From the NCBI GenBank assembly GCA_964019335.1, contig OZ025693.1, forward strand, positions 62,001 through 126,000: a DNA stretch of 64,000 bases. The letters are read 5' to 3'. This document shows positions 46,532-57,349 of the stretch, piece after piece; within the stretch, counting starts at the first letter, position 1; each line of letters opens with the position of its first letter. The translations under genes were made by a program, and so were the position numbers. A model generated the notes under the pieces. It worked only from the letters and a program-made list of their open reading frames with translations. It searched no databases and was not told the origin of the DNA. This DNA is from Diplonema japonicum (lineage: Eukaryota; Protista; Euglenozoa: Diplonemea).

Positions 46532-48082
46532 CTACAGCAAAGGGTCATGCGGAGTTACGGAGTAGCGGTCGAAGGCGTCGAGGTCGAGACGGTGCTCAGG
46601 GATATCGGTGGCGGTGTCGACAGACATGGGGTCGAGGCAGGCACGGAGGGCATCGGTGATGGGGTGTGAGAAGGAGAGCTCATTCATTGCGATGAGAATA
46701 TCTGAAGCGGTTTCGCTGTCTGTGAGGGGAGCAGGGGAGGCTGCATGCTTGTAAATAACCATGTCACAAAGAACAGTGTGCAAGCTTGGATTCGACTCAT
46801 TCAAGGCTGCGTAGGTGCACAAGATGAGCCTGAGATCCATCGGCGTGGTCAGTGGGAGCAGCTGCGAGTCATCCTTCAAGAGCGACATGCAATTCTTCGC
46901 CAATGAAACCAGTGTCTTCACACTGCTGCCAATCTCTTTAAGTTCAAGAAATGCACGCCACACAGCCCGTCCGGACCGCAGCGACATGTTCTTTTGCATC
47001 ACGTGTTCCATCATCCTCAAAGACAAGGCCCCCACAGCTGACAGACACGACAGTTCGTTCTTTCCTCCTTTTGTCAACTTGCACCCGCACACCATCTCTT
47101 CGAGCAGTTGGCGCACCACGTCCTGCTGCACCTCTGCTCCCATTGGACCGCTCAACGCTGACACCGCCTCCGACACCATTTTCAGCAGCCCTTCATCCAC
47201 CATGCCAACGCCCCGAAGCCCTCGCAGCAGCCTTGCCCCCATCAAAATGTCGTAGTCGACGAGCATCCCATCCTCAAATTGTTCCAGCAGGACTCGGAAG
47301 GCGCTCCTCACGCTGTTTTCATTGTCAGGGTCCTCAACAAGCCAGACCAGAATGTGGATCAGGTTGTTGATGTGCTGCACGGTACACCCACCAGTGCCCT
47401 CGCGGTTGGAGATCATGTCAACGATGCGCATGAGGAAAGGCGGGTGTGCGTAACGGAGCTTGTAGAGCGAGTAGCCGATGACACTGAGCCGTGAGAGGGG
47501 CAGAGGCTCGTGCTTGATGCGTGACAAGACAGACGTAGTGAGCGGGATGTTATGAATAGAGAAGTGCGCAAAGGAGCTGAGAGCAACGGTGGCAAGCTCA
47601 TGGTTGAAAGTAGGTAGGACAGGTTTGGTGAGGAGATGGTTGGCAAGTTTGTGGAATAGGGCTGTGAAGTCGACACGGGCAGAAGTGAAGGCGTTGATGA
47701 TTTGCTTAGTGGAACGTGTCTTGGCGACCTTGTGTACCAGCTTCAAGAAAGCGGTTACGGGTGCTGCATTGGATCTACACAGTACCTTGTCCCTCGCCAT
47801 TTGTTCCCCTAGGTAAGCCACCGCGTCAACCCCGGGTGGCGCACCATCGCCCAGCGCAAGGATCCAAACTGCCGGGAACACCATCCCGTACCGCATCTGA
47901 ACCCTCATTCGCTGCAGTGACATTACCGAGTTCTCCACGCTCCTCTTGTCCTTCCCCTTGAATGCTTCTACTGCCTCTCCCACTACCTTGCGCCGCTCTC
48001 TCCATTCTACATATGTGTCTTGCCCTGAGCAGGCCCTTCTTCCACATGCAGAAACCCCCCTAACTGATCTTATACTGTTCAT
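46532..48082 (-). CDS. Helical-repeat protein, possibly mitochondrial RNA-binding (FAST/HPR-like)
   Basis: Arg/Ser-rich transit-like N-terminus; repeats such as LATVALSSFAHFSIHNIPL and LSVIGYSLYKLRYAHPPFL. Confidence 0.6.
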   Translation of the reverse strand: MNSIRSVRGVSACGRRACSGQDTYVEWRERRKVVGEAVEAFKGKDKRSVENSVMSLQRMRVQMRYGMVFPAVWILALGDGAPPGVDAVAYLGEQMARDKVLCRSNAAPVTAFLKLVHKVAKTRSTKQIINAFTSARVDFTALFHKLANHLLTKPVLPTFNHELATVALSSFAHFSIHNIPLTTSVLSRIKHEPLPLSRLSVIGYSLYKLRYAHPPFLMRIVDMISNREGTGGCTVQHINNLIHILVWLVEDPDNENSVRSAFRVLLEQFEDGMLVDYDILMGARLLRGLRGVGMVDEGLLKMVSEAVSALSGPMGAEVQQDVVRQLLEEMVCGCKLTKGGKNELSCLSAVGALSLRMMEHVMQKNMSLRSGRAVWRAFLELKEIGSSVKTLVSLAKNCMSLLKDDSQLLPLTTPMDLRLILCTYAALNESNPSLHTVLCDMVIYKHAASPAPLTDSETASDILIAMNELSFSHPITDALRACLDPMSVDTATDIPEHRLDLDAFDRYSVTPHDPLL

Positions 48083-48365
48083 CTCATTGCGTTCGAGGTT
48101 GGTGACGCGTGCTTCTTTTTCCTTTCTCTGGGGTTGCTACAAACTAGTCATAAAAGCATGCATGAATAAAAAGGGGGGTCCGATATAAAGGGGGTTACAT
48201 TCACAAAAAAGAAATGGGGGGAAAAGAGAGTAAAAAAAATAAAAACAATGAAAACTGTCCCAATTCCTGAAGGAACCTTTGGGGCAGGAGGAGCGTTCGG
48301 GTGAGAAGGGAGGGATTCCGAAAAGGGTGGGGGGAGGATCTGTAGTGGAAAGAAGCAAACATTAC

Positions 48366-48928
48366 CTATTTCCCCTTCATCTGGATCATGACGTTCTTGA
48401 ACTCCTCGAAGCTGATCTCACCGTCACGGTCCTCGTCGGCCTCAGCGATCATCTCCTGAAGCACATCGTCACCAGGGTTCTCGCCGAGGAGCTTTGCAAC
48501 CTGTGGGTAAATGTTGTTGTTGTTGTTGTCACTGTTGTATCAATGTCACCACACCTCCTTCAGGTTGGCGAACGAGATCTTGCCAGTCTTGTCCATGTCG
48601 AAGAGCTGGAAGGCCTTGAAGATCTCCTCCGGGGAGTCCTTCTGGGCCATCTTCGCCTGTTGTTGTGTGTTGGTGTAAAGATAAAAGAATTTCAAAAAAA
48701 AAAAAAAATGCAAACCTTCATCATCTTCTCGAACTCGGGGTACTCGATCAGCCCGTTGGCGTCGGTGTCGATGGAGCGGATCATCTTCTCGATCTCCTCC
48801 CTGGGCTGGTCCCCGAACCCGAGACCCTTCATCGCGAGGGCCATCTCCTCGGCGTCGATCGCACCGGAGCCATCCGCGTCGAAGAGGTTGAACGCCTCCT
48901 TAATCTGCTCGTCGGTGAGGGCGGCCAT
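48366..48928 (-). CDS. CEN4: Centrin (kinetoplastid centrin-4 type), copy 1, 3 exons
   Basis: 149 aa [28 protein letters not shown]...KDSPEE...[29 protein letters not shown]; two GT-AG introns. Confidence 0.93.
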
Positions 48929-49162
48929 TTTAAGATAAGATAAGAGTGGATGCTCTACTTGTTGCTGTCAAAAGAGTGCTGTAACAGGTACATGACTGAT
49001 ATAACATAAGGTGGTTGGGATGGGGCAGCCCGAGCATACTCCTTGCATGCTACACTTATGAAGGCCGCTGCAAGCGGTCATTCAAAAATATGACTGGGAA
49101 ACAAGAAAAGAAAGAAACATGGGATACGGAGGGGGGAGATCTAAACATTATGGGCTACCAGC

Positions 49163-49716
49163 TTATTTCCCCTTCATCTGGATCATGACGTTCTTGAACT
49201 CCTCGAAGCTGATCTCACCGTCACGGTCCTCGTCGGCCTCAGCGATCATCTCCTGAAGCACATCGTCACCAGGGTTCTCGCCGAGGAGCTTTGCAACCTG
49301 TGGGTAAATGTTGTTGTCGCTGTTGTTATGTCACCACACCTCCTTCAAGTTGGCGAACGAGATCTTGCCAGTCTTGTCCATGTCGAAGAGCTGGAAGGCC
49401 TTGAAGATCTCCTCCGGGGAGTCCTTCTGGGCCATCTTCGCCTGTTGTTGTGTGTTGGTGTGAAGATAAAAGAATTTCAAAAAAAAAAAAAAAAAATGCA
49501 AACCTTCATCATCTTCTCGAACTCGGGGTACTCGATCAGCCCGTTGGCGTCGGTGTCGATGGAGCGGATCATCTTCTCGATCTCCTCCCTGGGCTGGTCC
49601 CCGAACCCGAGACCCTTCATCGCAAGGGCCATCTCCTCGGCGTCGATCGCACCGGAGCCATCCGCGTCGAAGAGGTTGAACGCCTCCTTAATCTGCTCGT
49701 CGGTGAGGGCGGCCAT
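49163..49716 (-). CDS. CEN4: Centrin copy 2
   Basis: Same protein and intron positions; TAA stop. Confidence 0.93.
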
Positions 49717-49988
49717 TTTAGTGTTTAAAAAATCGAAGGTAGTAAAACTGTAGTTGTTCTCCAGTAGATGTGTGGGTCAGTTGCTTGGCTCACGTCCCCT
49801 TCTCGCATAAGCTCTTGATGAACAGAAAGCAAAACAAATGAAGAAAAAGGGACAACTAAGTTGTCAAAAAAAGGGGTAGGAAGGGGGGAAAAGATCGGGA
49901 GGTCGGGGATACAAAAATGAAGAGAGGAAAGGGGGTCACTAAGGGATCTAAGTCTAGTGGTCGAGAAGGAGGAGGGCCAGAACGGCAC

Positions 49989-50547
49989 CTATTTCCCCTT
50001 CATCTGGATCATGACGTTCTTGAACTCCTCGAAGCTGATCTCACCGTCACGGTCCTCGTCGGCCTCAGCGATCATCTCCTGAAGCACATCGTCACCGGGG
50101 TTCTCGCCGAGGAGCTTTGCAACCTGTGGGTAAATGTTGTTGTTGTTGTTGTTGTATCAATGTCACCACACCTCCTTCAGGTTGGCGAACGAGATCTTGC
50201 CAGTCTTGTCCATGTCGAAGAGCTGGAAGGCCTTGAAGATCTCCTCCGGGGAGTCCTTCTGGGCCATCTTCGCCTGTTGTTGTGTGTTGGTGTGAAGATA
50301 AAAGAATTTCAAAAAAAAAAAAAAAAATGCAAACCTTCATCATCTTCTCGAACTCGGGGTACTCGATCAGCCCGTTGGCGTCGGTGTCGATGGAGCGGAT
50401 CATCTTCTCGATCTCCTCCCTGGGCTGGTCCCCGAACCCGAGACCCTTCATCGCAAGGGCCATCTCCTCGGCGTCGATCGCACCGGAGCCATCCGCGTCG
50501 AAGAGGTTGAACGCCTCCTTAATCTGCTCGTCGGTGAGGGCGGCCAT
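49989..50547 (-). CDS. CEN4: Centrin copy 3
   Basis: Same protein and intron positions. Confidence 0.93.
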
Positions 50548-50642
50548 TTTATGTTTTTCTTTTTTTTCCCTTTTTAAGTAAGATCTTCCTATGTGCAATT
50601 GCGAGTTTAATTTAGGGACCCGTCAAAGAAGAGAAGGGGGGG

Positions 50643-50686
50643 AATTCACTATGATAGGAAACGAAGGTGAAAAGCAACGGCCCACC
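50643..50686 (+). repeat. ~45-nt dispersed repeat, copy 4
   Basis: aattcactatgataggaaacgaaggtgaaaagcaacggcccacc followed by an A-run. Confidence 0.8.
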
Positions 50687-50929
50687 AAAAAAAGAAAGAT
50701 TGAAAGGGGAGGTCATTCAAAAAGCTGCCTTAAGCAATGTCAGGGTTAGATAAGGAGATTAAACAAAAAGCAGCTTCTAGATAGTGGAAAAAAATGAATT
50801 CTTTATGACTATATGGTCGTTGTTGTTCGCACGAGCAAAAAATGTTTATACAAAAAAAAAAAAAAAAAGCTGCGAAAGGTATTTTTTGCTCGACGAGTAA
50901 AAAGAAAGAAAAAAAAAAAAAAAAAGTGC

Positions 50930-51748
50930 TTAGAGAACTCTTTCAAGTCCAGGGTTGAGCTTAAACGCCTTCTTGTAACAACTCACAGCTTGCTCGCATT
51001 CTCCCGAGCGTTCGAACTCTCTGGCTAAATTAACAAGCTGCTCTGCCTGGAGGACTTTGTCAGGGTCAGTGCCCGACCGTCTACGAAACATTATATCAGT
51101 TCGCATGATATACTTTTCTCCGGACGTCAACGGGCGGCCTTCGTGGTACAAATTAACAGGGAAGCATATCAAGGTACCAGTCGGAACCCGTAATGAGTGC
51201 AGGATCGTGGGGTCGGTAGGTGACGCTATAAAATTTGTGGAACCACCTTCGAACTCTGAGTTGAGGTACACCATGAAGGTCCACAGGGACCTGCTGTCGA
51301 TGTTCTTCAGGTATATACCATCGTAGTGCGGCTTAAAGACACCTCCTGCTTGGTACTTACAGATACGTAGAGATGGGTTAGCCCCTTCAAGTGTCCATAA
51401 CCCTTCGTTGTCTTCACCAAACTCGGTTTCATCAGCGGATACAAGGTACTCTGCTGGGAGGTACTGTTGAGCGCGTTTGAACAGGATCTCGGACATGGCT
51501 TCGTGTTTGATCTGGATGCGAGCGTTTTTTCTGTACGATTCTTGCAGTTCGTCCTTCCAGTCGATGTGTTCTTCGTACTCCACCGAGTCTTGGAGGTACT
51601 CGCACTCCGTTTCTGTCAGAAACCCTTTCAGCAGGAAGGCGCCCCCCATGCCCTCCAGTTCTTCCTTTTTGATTTGTGTAATATTCCCCGCAAAACAGGA
51701 AACGAAGTGGTCCAGCACCTCCCTTTGCCTTTCGCGCAGATCTTGCAT
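50930..51748 (-). CDS. 2OG-Fe(II) oxygenase (prolyl 4-hydroxylase-like) with C-terminal TPR/MIT-like helix pair
   Basis: FLTETEC, RICKYQAGGVFKPHYDG, TFMVYLN, GGST and HEGRPLTSGEKYIMRTDIMF; likely start MQDLRE. Confidence 0.88.
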   Translation of the reverse strand: MQDLRERQREVLDHFVSCFAGNITQIKKEELEGMGGAFLLKGFLTETECEYLQDSVEYEEHIDWKDELQESYRKNARIQIKHEAMSEILFKRAQQYLPAEYLVSADETEFGEDNEGLWTLEGANPSLRICKYQAGGVFKPHYDGIYLKNIDSRSLWTFMVYLNSEFEGGSTNFIASPTDPTILHSLRVPTGTLICFPVNLYHEGRPLTSGEKYIMRTDIMFRRRSGTDPDKVLQAEQLVNLAREFERSGECEQAVSCYKKAFKLNPGLERVL

Positions 51749-51827
51749 TTTTTTTTTTCTTCTTTTTTTGCGAAGGATAACCCCCTTTTTTTTTTGGTGC
51801 GTTTGCAAGCAAAACTAAAAAAAAAAA

Positions 51828-52583
51828 CTCAAAGTACAGGACAAGCCCCCCGCTAGAGGGCCGCCCTAATACTCCCCTTCTGGAGCATTGCTTTCATCCC
51901 GATCGTGGCTGTGAGCGTCTTGCGAAGTCGAGTAGGCGGCCTTCAAATCCATCAGCTTGTCGTGCGTGGACTGGGTAGCAAAAATGGGCCTCCTGGAGAA
52001 GCCTATAGCTGCCTTTCCCCCTATGGCGATGAGGGACTTCACCCTTTTCTGCTCATCCGCTGGGAAGGGGCGTCGCTTCTTCCGTGCCCTGCACGCTGCG
52101 TTTATCTTTACGATTAGGGCCTTGATTCTGCGTGCCCTATCTTCCAGCAGGCCTCCTGATGATTTACCGGTCGTCCATTCGAAGTCAATGGCTAGCTCCA
52201 CCGCCGACACCTCCGAGGTGGTGTCCTTCTCCACCCAGCGCAGCTGTGACAACCATTGTAGCAGCGGGTTCAGGTACTGGGACAGGACCCCACCCACTCC
52301 TTCGAGCTCGCCTGCTATCGGAACGGGGCATCTCTTTCCTACTACATTTCGTTCCCACGGTAGCGGCTGCGTGTTGACGTCCTCCTTCTGCATGAGCTCC
52401 ACGTCCCGCTTCTCAACCACCACGGCCAAGTATCGTTGCAGTTTTTCCAGGTATGCAAAGGCATGTCCTCTCGGCAGTATTGCGTGTAGCTCAAGACACA
52501 GGGGCCATCCCGTCCTGTCGCGCAGCGGTTCCAAACCGTCCTGTGTCATCCGTGCGCAGGCACACTCGTAGAGCTGATGGCGG
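51828..52583 (-). mobile_element. 3' fragment of a putative non-LTR retrotransposon (copy 2, longer)
   Basis: Shares its terminus with 1298-1676; ORF remnant WPLCLELHAILP...WLSQLRW...VSAVELAIDFE; A-runs on both flanks. Confidence 0.65.
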
Positions 52584-52657
52584 AAAAAAAAAAAAGAAAA
52601 ACACATTGGTGGGGGAAGGGACGGGAAAGGAGAAAAAAAAAATATATATATATGTTT

Positions 52658-52705
52658 ATATATGAGTTAAAGGAGGCCGGTGTTGGCGGCGCCCTGCACA
52701 AGAAC
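52658..52705. repeat. 48-bp dispersed repeat (copy 2)
   Basis: Identical to 7915-7962. Confidence 0.8.
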
Positions 52706-52764
52706 AGGTCAACAGCGAACAACACATCTGATGTTTTTCTTATATTTTCATGTTATCCCCACAG

Positions 52765-52799
<35 letters not shown>

Positions 52800-52958
52800 C
52801 GTCGCTATGTCCACAGCAAAGGAAGAAACGCCCGTTCTAAATAACTAGAGAGGAGAGGTCTTTACAGGTGAAAAACTAAAAGGAAGGGGTGTTGTGGAGG
52901 GACAAGCGGGAGCAACTTTCTCTTTGAAAACTGCGTGAAAAAAAAATACAAGGAATTT

Positions 52959-53520
52959 CTATTTCCCCTTCATCTGGATCATGACGTTCTTGAACTCCTC
53001 GAAGCTGATCTCACCGTCACGGTCCTCGTCGGCCTCAGCGATCATCTCCTGAAGCACATCGTCACCAGGGTTCTCGCCGAGGAGCTTTGCAACCTGTGGG
53101 TAAATGTTGTTGTTGTTGTTGTCGCTGTTGTTATGTCACCACACCTCCTTCAAGTTGGCGAACGAGATCTTGCCAGTCTTGTCCATGTCGAAGAGCTGGA
53201 AGGCCTTGAAGATCTCCTCCGGGGAGTCCTTCTGGGCCATCTTCGCCTGTTGTTGTGTGTTGGTGTGAAGATAAAAGAATTTCAAAAAAAAAAAAAAAAA
53301 TGCAAACCTTCATCATCTTCTCGAACTCGGGGTACTCGATCAGCCCGTTGGCGTCGGTGTCGATGGAGCGGATCATCTTCTCGATCTCCTCCCTGGGCTG
53401 GTCCCCGAACCCGAGACCCTTCATCGCAAGGGCCATCTCCTCGGCGTCGATCGCACCGGAGCCATCCGCGTCGAAGAGGTTGAACGCCTCCTTAATCTGC
53501 TCGTCGGTGAGGGCGGCCAT
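52959..53520 (-). CDS. CEN4: Centrin copy 4
   Basis: Same protein and intron positions. Confidence 0.93.
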
Positions 53521-54004
53521 TTTTTATAGTTGTTTTTAAGAATAAAAGTGGAAGTTTTTCCTTTGAGTCTTACGGTTGATACGATAGCCAGCAATATGCT
53601 TGGAAGTGGGTATAACCAATGGCTTCTCACTGTTCAGGGCTATTCCCGGCCAATTCTCCTCTTGCCCCCTTAAGGAACCCAAAAAGTCTTAGATTCCATT
53701 CGAGTCAGCACTCGCAGTATCTTGTCGCAGAAACTGTTTATTTGTGTTTTAAGCGTCCACTCTTCAGTACCATGGGTTTTACTGAGACGAAGTAAACCTG
53801 CAAAGGGTGCGAAGATTTTAATTGTACCCCCCTGGGCCTGCGGGCAATAGACAAAAAAAAAAAACGATTTTCTTACGGAGGAAACGCGCTTCCCTATAAG
53901 AAAATGGAAACATTTCCCGCTTTCTTACCAACACAGACATAGCTCGGGGGGGGGGGGGGGGGTAAAACAGCCGTTTCTATGGGAGTTAAACAAATAAAAA
54001 GAAG

Positions 54005-54046
54005 AATTCACTATGATAGGAACGAAGTGGTTACAACGAGCCCATC
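54005..54046 (+). repeat. ~45-nt dispersed repeat, copy 5
   Basis: aattcactatgataggaacgaagtggttacaacgagcccatc followed by an A-run. Confidence 0.85.
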
Positions 54047-54218
54047 AAAAAAAAACAAAAAAAAAGGGGGGTATTTGTTCCACAGGACCAACGCCTGTTC
54101 TAAGTAACTAGAAAGAGAGGAAGGTGTTTACAAGCAAAAGAAAACTAAGAGGACTTCAAGGACAGGGATCACAGGGAGGGCAATTTTCTCTTTGAAAACT
54201 GCGTGAAAACAAAAAAAT

Positions 54219-54781
54219 CTATTTCCCCTTCATCTGGATCATGACGTTCTTGAACTCCTCGAAGCTGATCTCACCGTCACGGTCCTCGTCGGCCTCAGCG
54301 ATCATCTCCTGAAGCACATCGTCACCGGGGTTCTCGCCGAGGAGCTTTGCAACCTGTGGGTAAATGTTGTTGTTGTTGTTGTTGTTGTTGTTGTAACAAT
54401 GTCACCACACCTCCTTCAGGTTGGCGAACGAGATCTTGCCAGTCTTGTCCATGTCGAAGAGCTGGAAGGCCTTGAAGATCTCCTCCGGGGAGTCCTTCTG
54501 GGCCATCTTCGCCTGTTGTTGTGTGTTGGTGTGAAGATAAAAGAATTTCAAAAAAAAAAAAAGCAAACCTTCATCATCTTCTCGAACTCGGGGTACTCGA
54601 TCAGCCCGTTGGCGTCGGTGTCGATGGAGCGGATCATCTTCTCGATCTCCTCCCTGGGCTGGTCCCCGAACCCGAGACCCTTCATCGCGAGGGCCATCTC
54701 CTCGGCGTCGATCGCACCGGAGCCATCCGCGTCGAAGAGGTTGAACGCCTCCTTAATCTGCTCGTCGGTGAGGGCGGCCAT
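54219..54781 (-). CDS. CEN4: Centrin copy 5
   Basis: Same protein and intron positions. Confidence 0.93.
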
Positions 54782-55594
54782 TTTTTTTCTTTTTTTTAAA
54801 GATAAGAGTAGAAGTTCTTCTAAAATGGTGGATGCGAAGACTTGAATTAGGCACAGAGAAAAAGAAAAAGAAAAAAAAAAGGGAAAAGAGAAGGGGGGAA
54901 AAAAAAAGTAGAAGGGCAGACTGAAATTCTGAAGGTAAAGCACAAAGCCGCCAGGATAGGACAAACCAGAAAGAATTGGGGCTTGGAATAGAAGGAGTGG
55001 GCAAGTGGTGCTTACCCCGTATTAAACCTTTTTTTTTGTCCCATCTTTCTTTTTTTTTTTTTAAAAAAAGGGGACAAGGACCAACACATACGAAAGGGAA
55101 AGGGAATAGTAAGGATCCAGTGTAACAATGTGGCACTATAAACAGAGGGAAAAAAAAAAGAAAAAAAAGTTACGTACTTGAAAGACGACAAGTGACACGG
55201 CGCGTGACCCTTGACATAATTCCACCCCCCACCACCACCACCGCCACGCTATATATATGTCATATTTTACATTTCGTTCCTTTTTCTCGTGGAGTACATT
55301 TGGCCAAGATATTCGGTGTTTTTGTGCCATGGTTTAGTGCTCACCTTAATTTCTTTTTTTTTTGAGAAAAAAAAAATCAACCAAAGGTGAATTACTGTAT
55401 TTTTCCCCCCCCTCCCTTCGTTGGAATTTTCTATGGACAACAAACAAAAATACCGAATAAATGGCGGGAAAAAAAAAAAAAAAAAAACTTTTTTTTTTCT
55501 TGTTGTTGCAAACGCTTTGTTAAACTTTCAGAATAATAATAATAACAAAAAAAAAAAAAAAAAAAGGAACGGGGGAAAACTTTATGGGTACGTC

Positions 55595-55641
<47 letters not shown>

Positions 55642-55852
55642 CTCCAGTCAGATTTTCAAGGGTGGGAGTGAATATAATATTTCACATTATTTCACGCTTC
55701 ACTTTATTTTCATTGCAGATTTCAGGCTTGTTTTAGGAAGAAAACAGGGGCAGAAATGAAAATTACTTTATGAGTGAATATAAAGTACTTTATATTCACG
55801 CTTGCCCTATTTTCACTGCACAGCAAGGGGTCTGGGGCGAAAACAAGGAAAA

Positions 55853-56182
55853 GGAACCACCTAAGTGGTTACCACACAGGCCCCTTGTTTTGGAAACCCC
55901 GGTTCGAATCTGGGAATCTCACTTTTTACGTCACTCAAGGATCTGGTCGCCTCTCTCAACAGAAGGGGAGAGAGGTGGGCTTGGCAAGCCAGCAGAGGTG
56001 ACAGCTGCTAGTGGGGCAACCTCAGCAACCCAGGCAGCAGCCCCACAGGTCCAGACCGAGGTCCTGTCAGCACCCATGGACGCACAGCCCGCACCACACA
56101 GGATATGCCTTGACAATCAATATCAACCATAAGCACCCCCAATAAAATTTGTAACTTGTAACTTGTAACTTGTAACCTGTAA
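55853..56182 (+). mobile_element. tRNA-headed SINE-like element with (TTGTAAC)n tail
   Basis: A-box-like CTAAGTGGTTA; T-arm CCCGG-TTCGAAT-CTGGG at 55898-55914; no acceptor stem; ~220-bp body; AATAAA followed by four TTGTAAC units. Confidence 0.55.
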
Positions 56183-56212
56183 TGCCCTACCCTTTCAAAT
56201 CTGACTGACGTT

Positions 56213-56387
56213 AAATAAAACAACGGATTTAGTGAAAATAGATCCGATTTTCACTTGTGGTGGCATGTTTAACTCGTTGATGTTACTTCACTCGCTTCGC
56301 TCGTGAAGTCATATACCCACTCGTTAAACCACTGCCACCACGCGTGAAAATCATACGATCTTATTTTCACTAAATAAATAGTTATTT
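56213..56387. mobile_element. ~170-bp imperfect palindromic element (MITE or Crypton-like non-autonomous)
   Basis: Arm pairs ATTTAGTGAAAATA/TATTTTCACTAAAT, GATTTTCAC/GTGAAAATC, GTGGTGGCA/TGCCACCAC and GTTTAAC/GTTAAAC around a central CTTCACTCGCTTCGCTCGTGAAG. Confidence 0.78.
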
Positions 56388-56557
56388 TTTTTTTTTTTTT
56401 CGCCCACTTTGAGGATTGAGGACCACCCCTACGGCTAGGAAAGGCTTCCTTGTCTTCACAATTCCGCCCCTCCAGAAAAAAAAAAAAAAAAGGAAAAATG
56501 AGCGAAAAAAAAAAAAAATTGAGTATGTTCCCTCTCTCTGTAACTCTTTTCTCCTTG

Positions 56558-57349
56558 TCAAGCTTCTATTTTAGGAACGGCTGGAAGTCCCTTGGGACCG
56601 TCGGCACAAGAGAGAAACCCCCTACGGGTGCACAAGTATGACTTCCATTGACAAGTTTGCAGCCGGGTTTCATCCCCCGTCAGCGCCTGAAGGAAAGTAG
56701 CATGGCTGACGACGGCAACGTTGGAATGAGGTTGGGAGAGGAGAAATGCTTGAAAGGCCGCAGCCCGTTGTGAAAGCTGGTTTTGAGTCTCGGCCAAGGA
56801 CACCCACCACTTGCCTTCAGGAAGGAGCGACAGGTCTATTTCAGCTTCATAGTTATGTTCCTTAATGAAACCGTCGATTTTTTCTCGAAGCTCGTCTTTC
56901 AAACGACCCGCGTTGGACCCCTCAAGCATCGTCCGCGTCTCGCAGCAGCCAGGGTGGAGCATGATCTTAAGTCCTTTTATTCGACCGAAGATTATCAAGG
57001 CGGTTTCGATGGTGCGCACCATAGGGCTGACATAGATGACGTCGAAGGGGTGATCGCTGACTGTAGTTGCGGAGTTTGCCTCCAACACACCCTTGCAAGT
57101 CAATGAAGGATCTCTCATCTTGCATGCGGTGTACGTTCCCATCAGAATATTCTTGCTCTGGACTGCCGCGTCGTAAATCTTCAACGTTAGCAGGTCGCTC
57201 AACAGCGACCACCCTGCCTTCGCCAAGCCCCGTGTGTTAACATTGTGCATCCCCTCGCCGTGCCTTATCGCCGTGACACTCACCACATGGCTCGTCTTCG
57301 GCCGTTCTTCAACAATTGATGGCGGCTGTCGATAACCACCATTTTCCAT
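56558..57349 (-). CDS. Histidine phosphatase (phosphoglycerate mutase-like)
   Basis: IRHGEGMHN, DPSLT.KG, VSPMVRTIETA and VVSHATFL. Confidence 0.88.
   Translation of the reverse strand: MENGGYRQPPSIVEERPKTSHVVSVTAIRHGEGMHNVNTRGLAKAGWSLLSDLLTLKIYDAAVQSKNILMGTYTACKMRDPSLTCKGVLEANSATTVSDHPFDVIYVSPMVRTIETALIIFGRIKGLKIMLHPGCCETRTMLEGSNAGRLKDELREKIDGFIKEHNYEAEIDLSLLPEGKWWVSLAETQNQLSQRAAAFQAFLLSQPHSNVAVVSHATFLQALTGDETRLQTCQWKSYLCTRRGFLSCADGPKGLPAVPKIEA

Noticed and set aside
48930-49160. snoRNAs in centrin spacers (also 53530-53850 and 61800-61980)
   Set aside because: No convincing C/D box pair with terminal stem or H/ACA-like hairpin was found by eye
55853-55920. Functional tRNA gene
   Set aside because: The T-arm is intact but acceptor and anticodon stems do not pair; treated as a tRNA-derived relic
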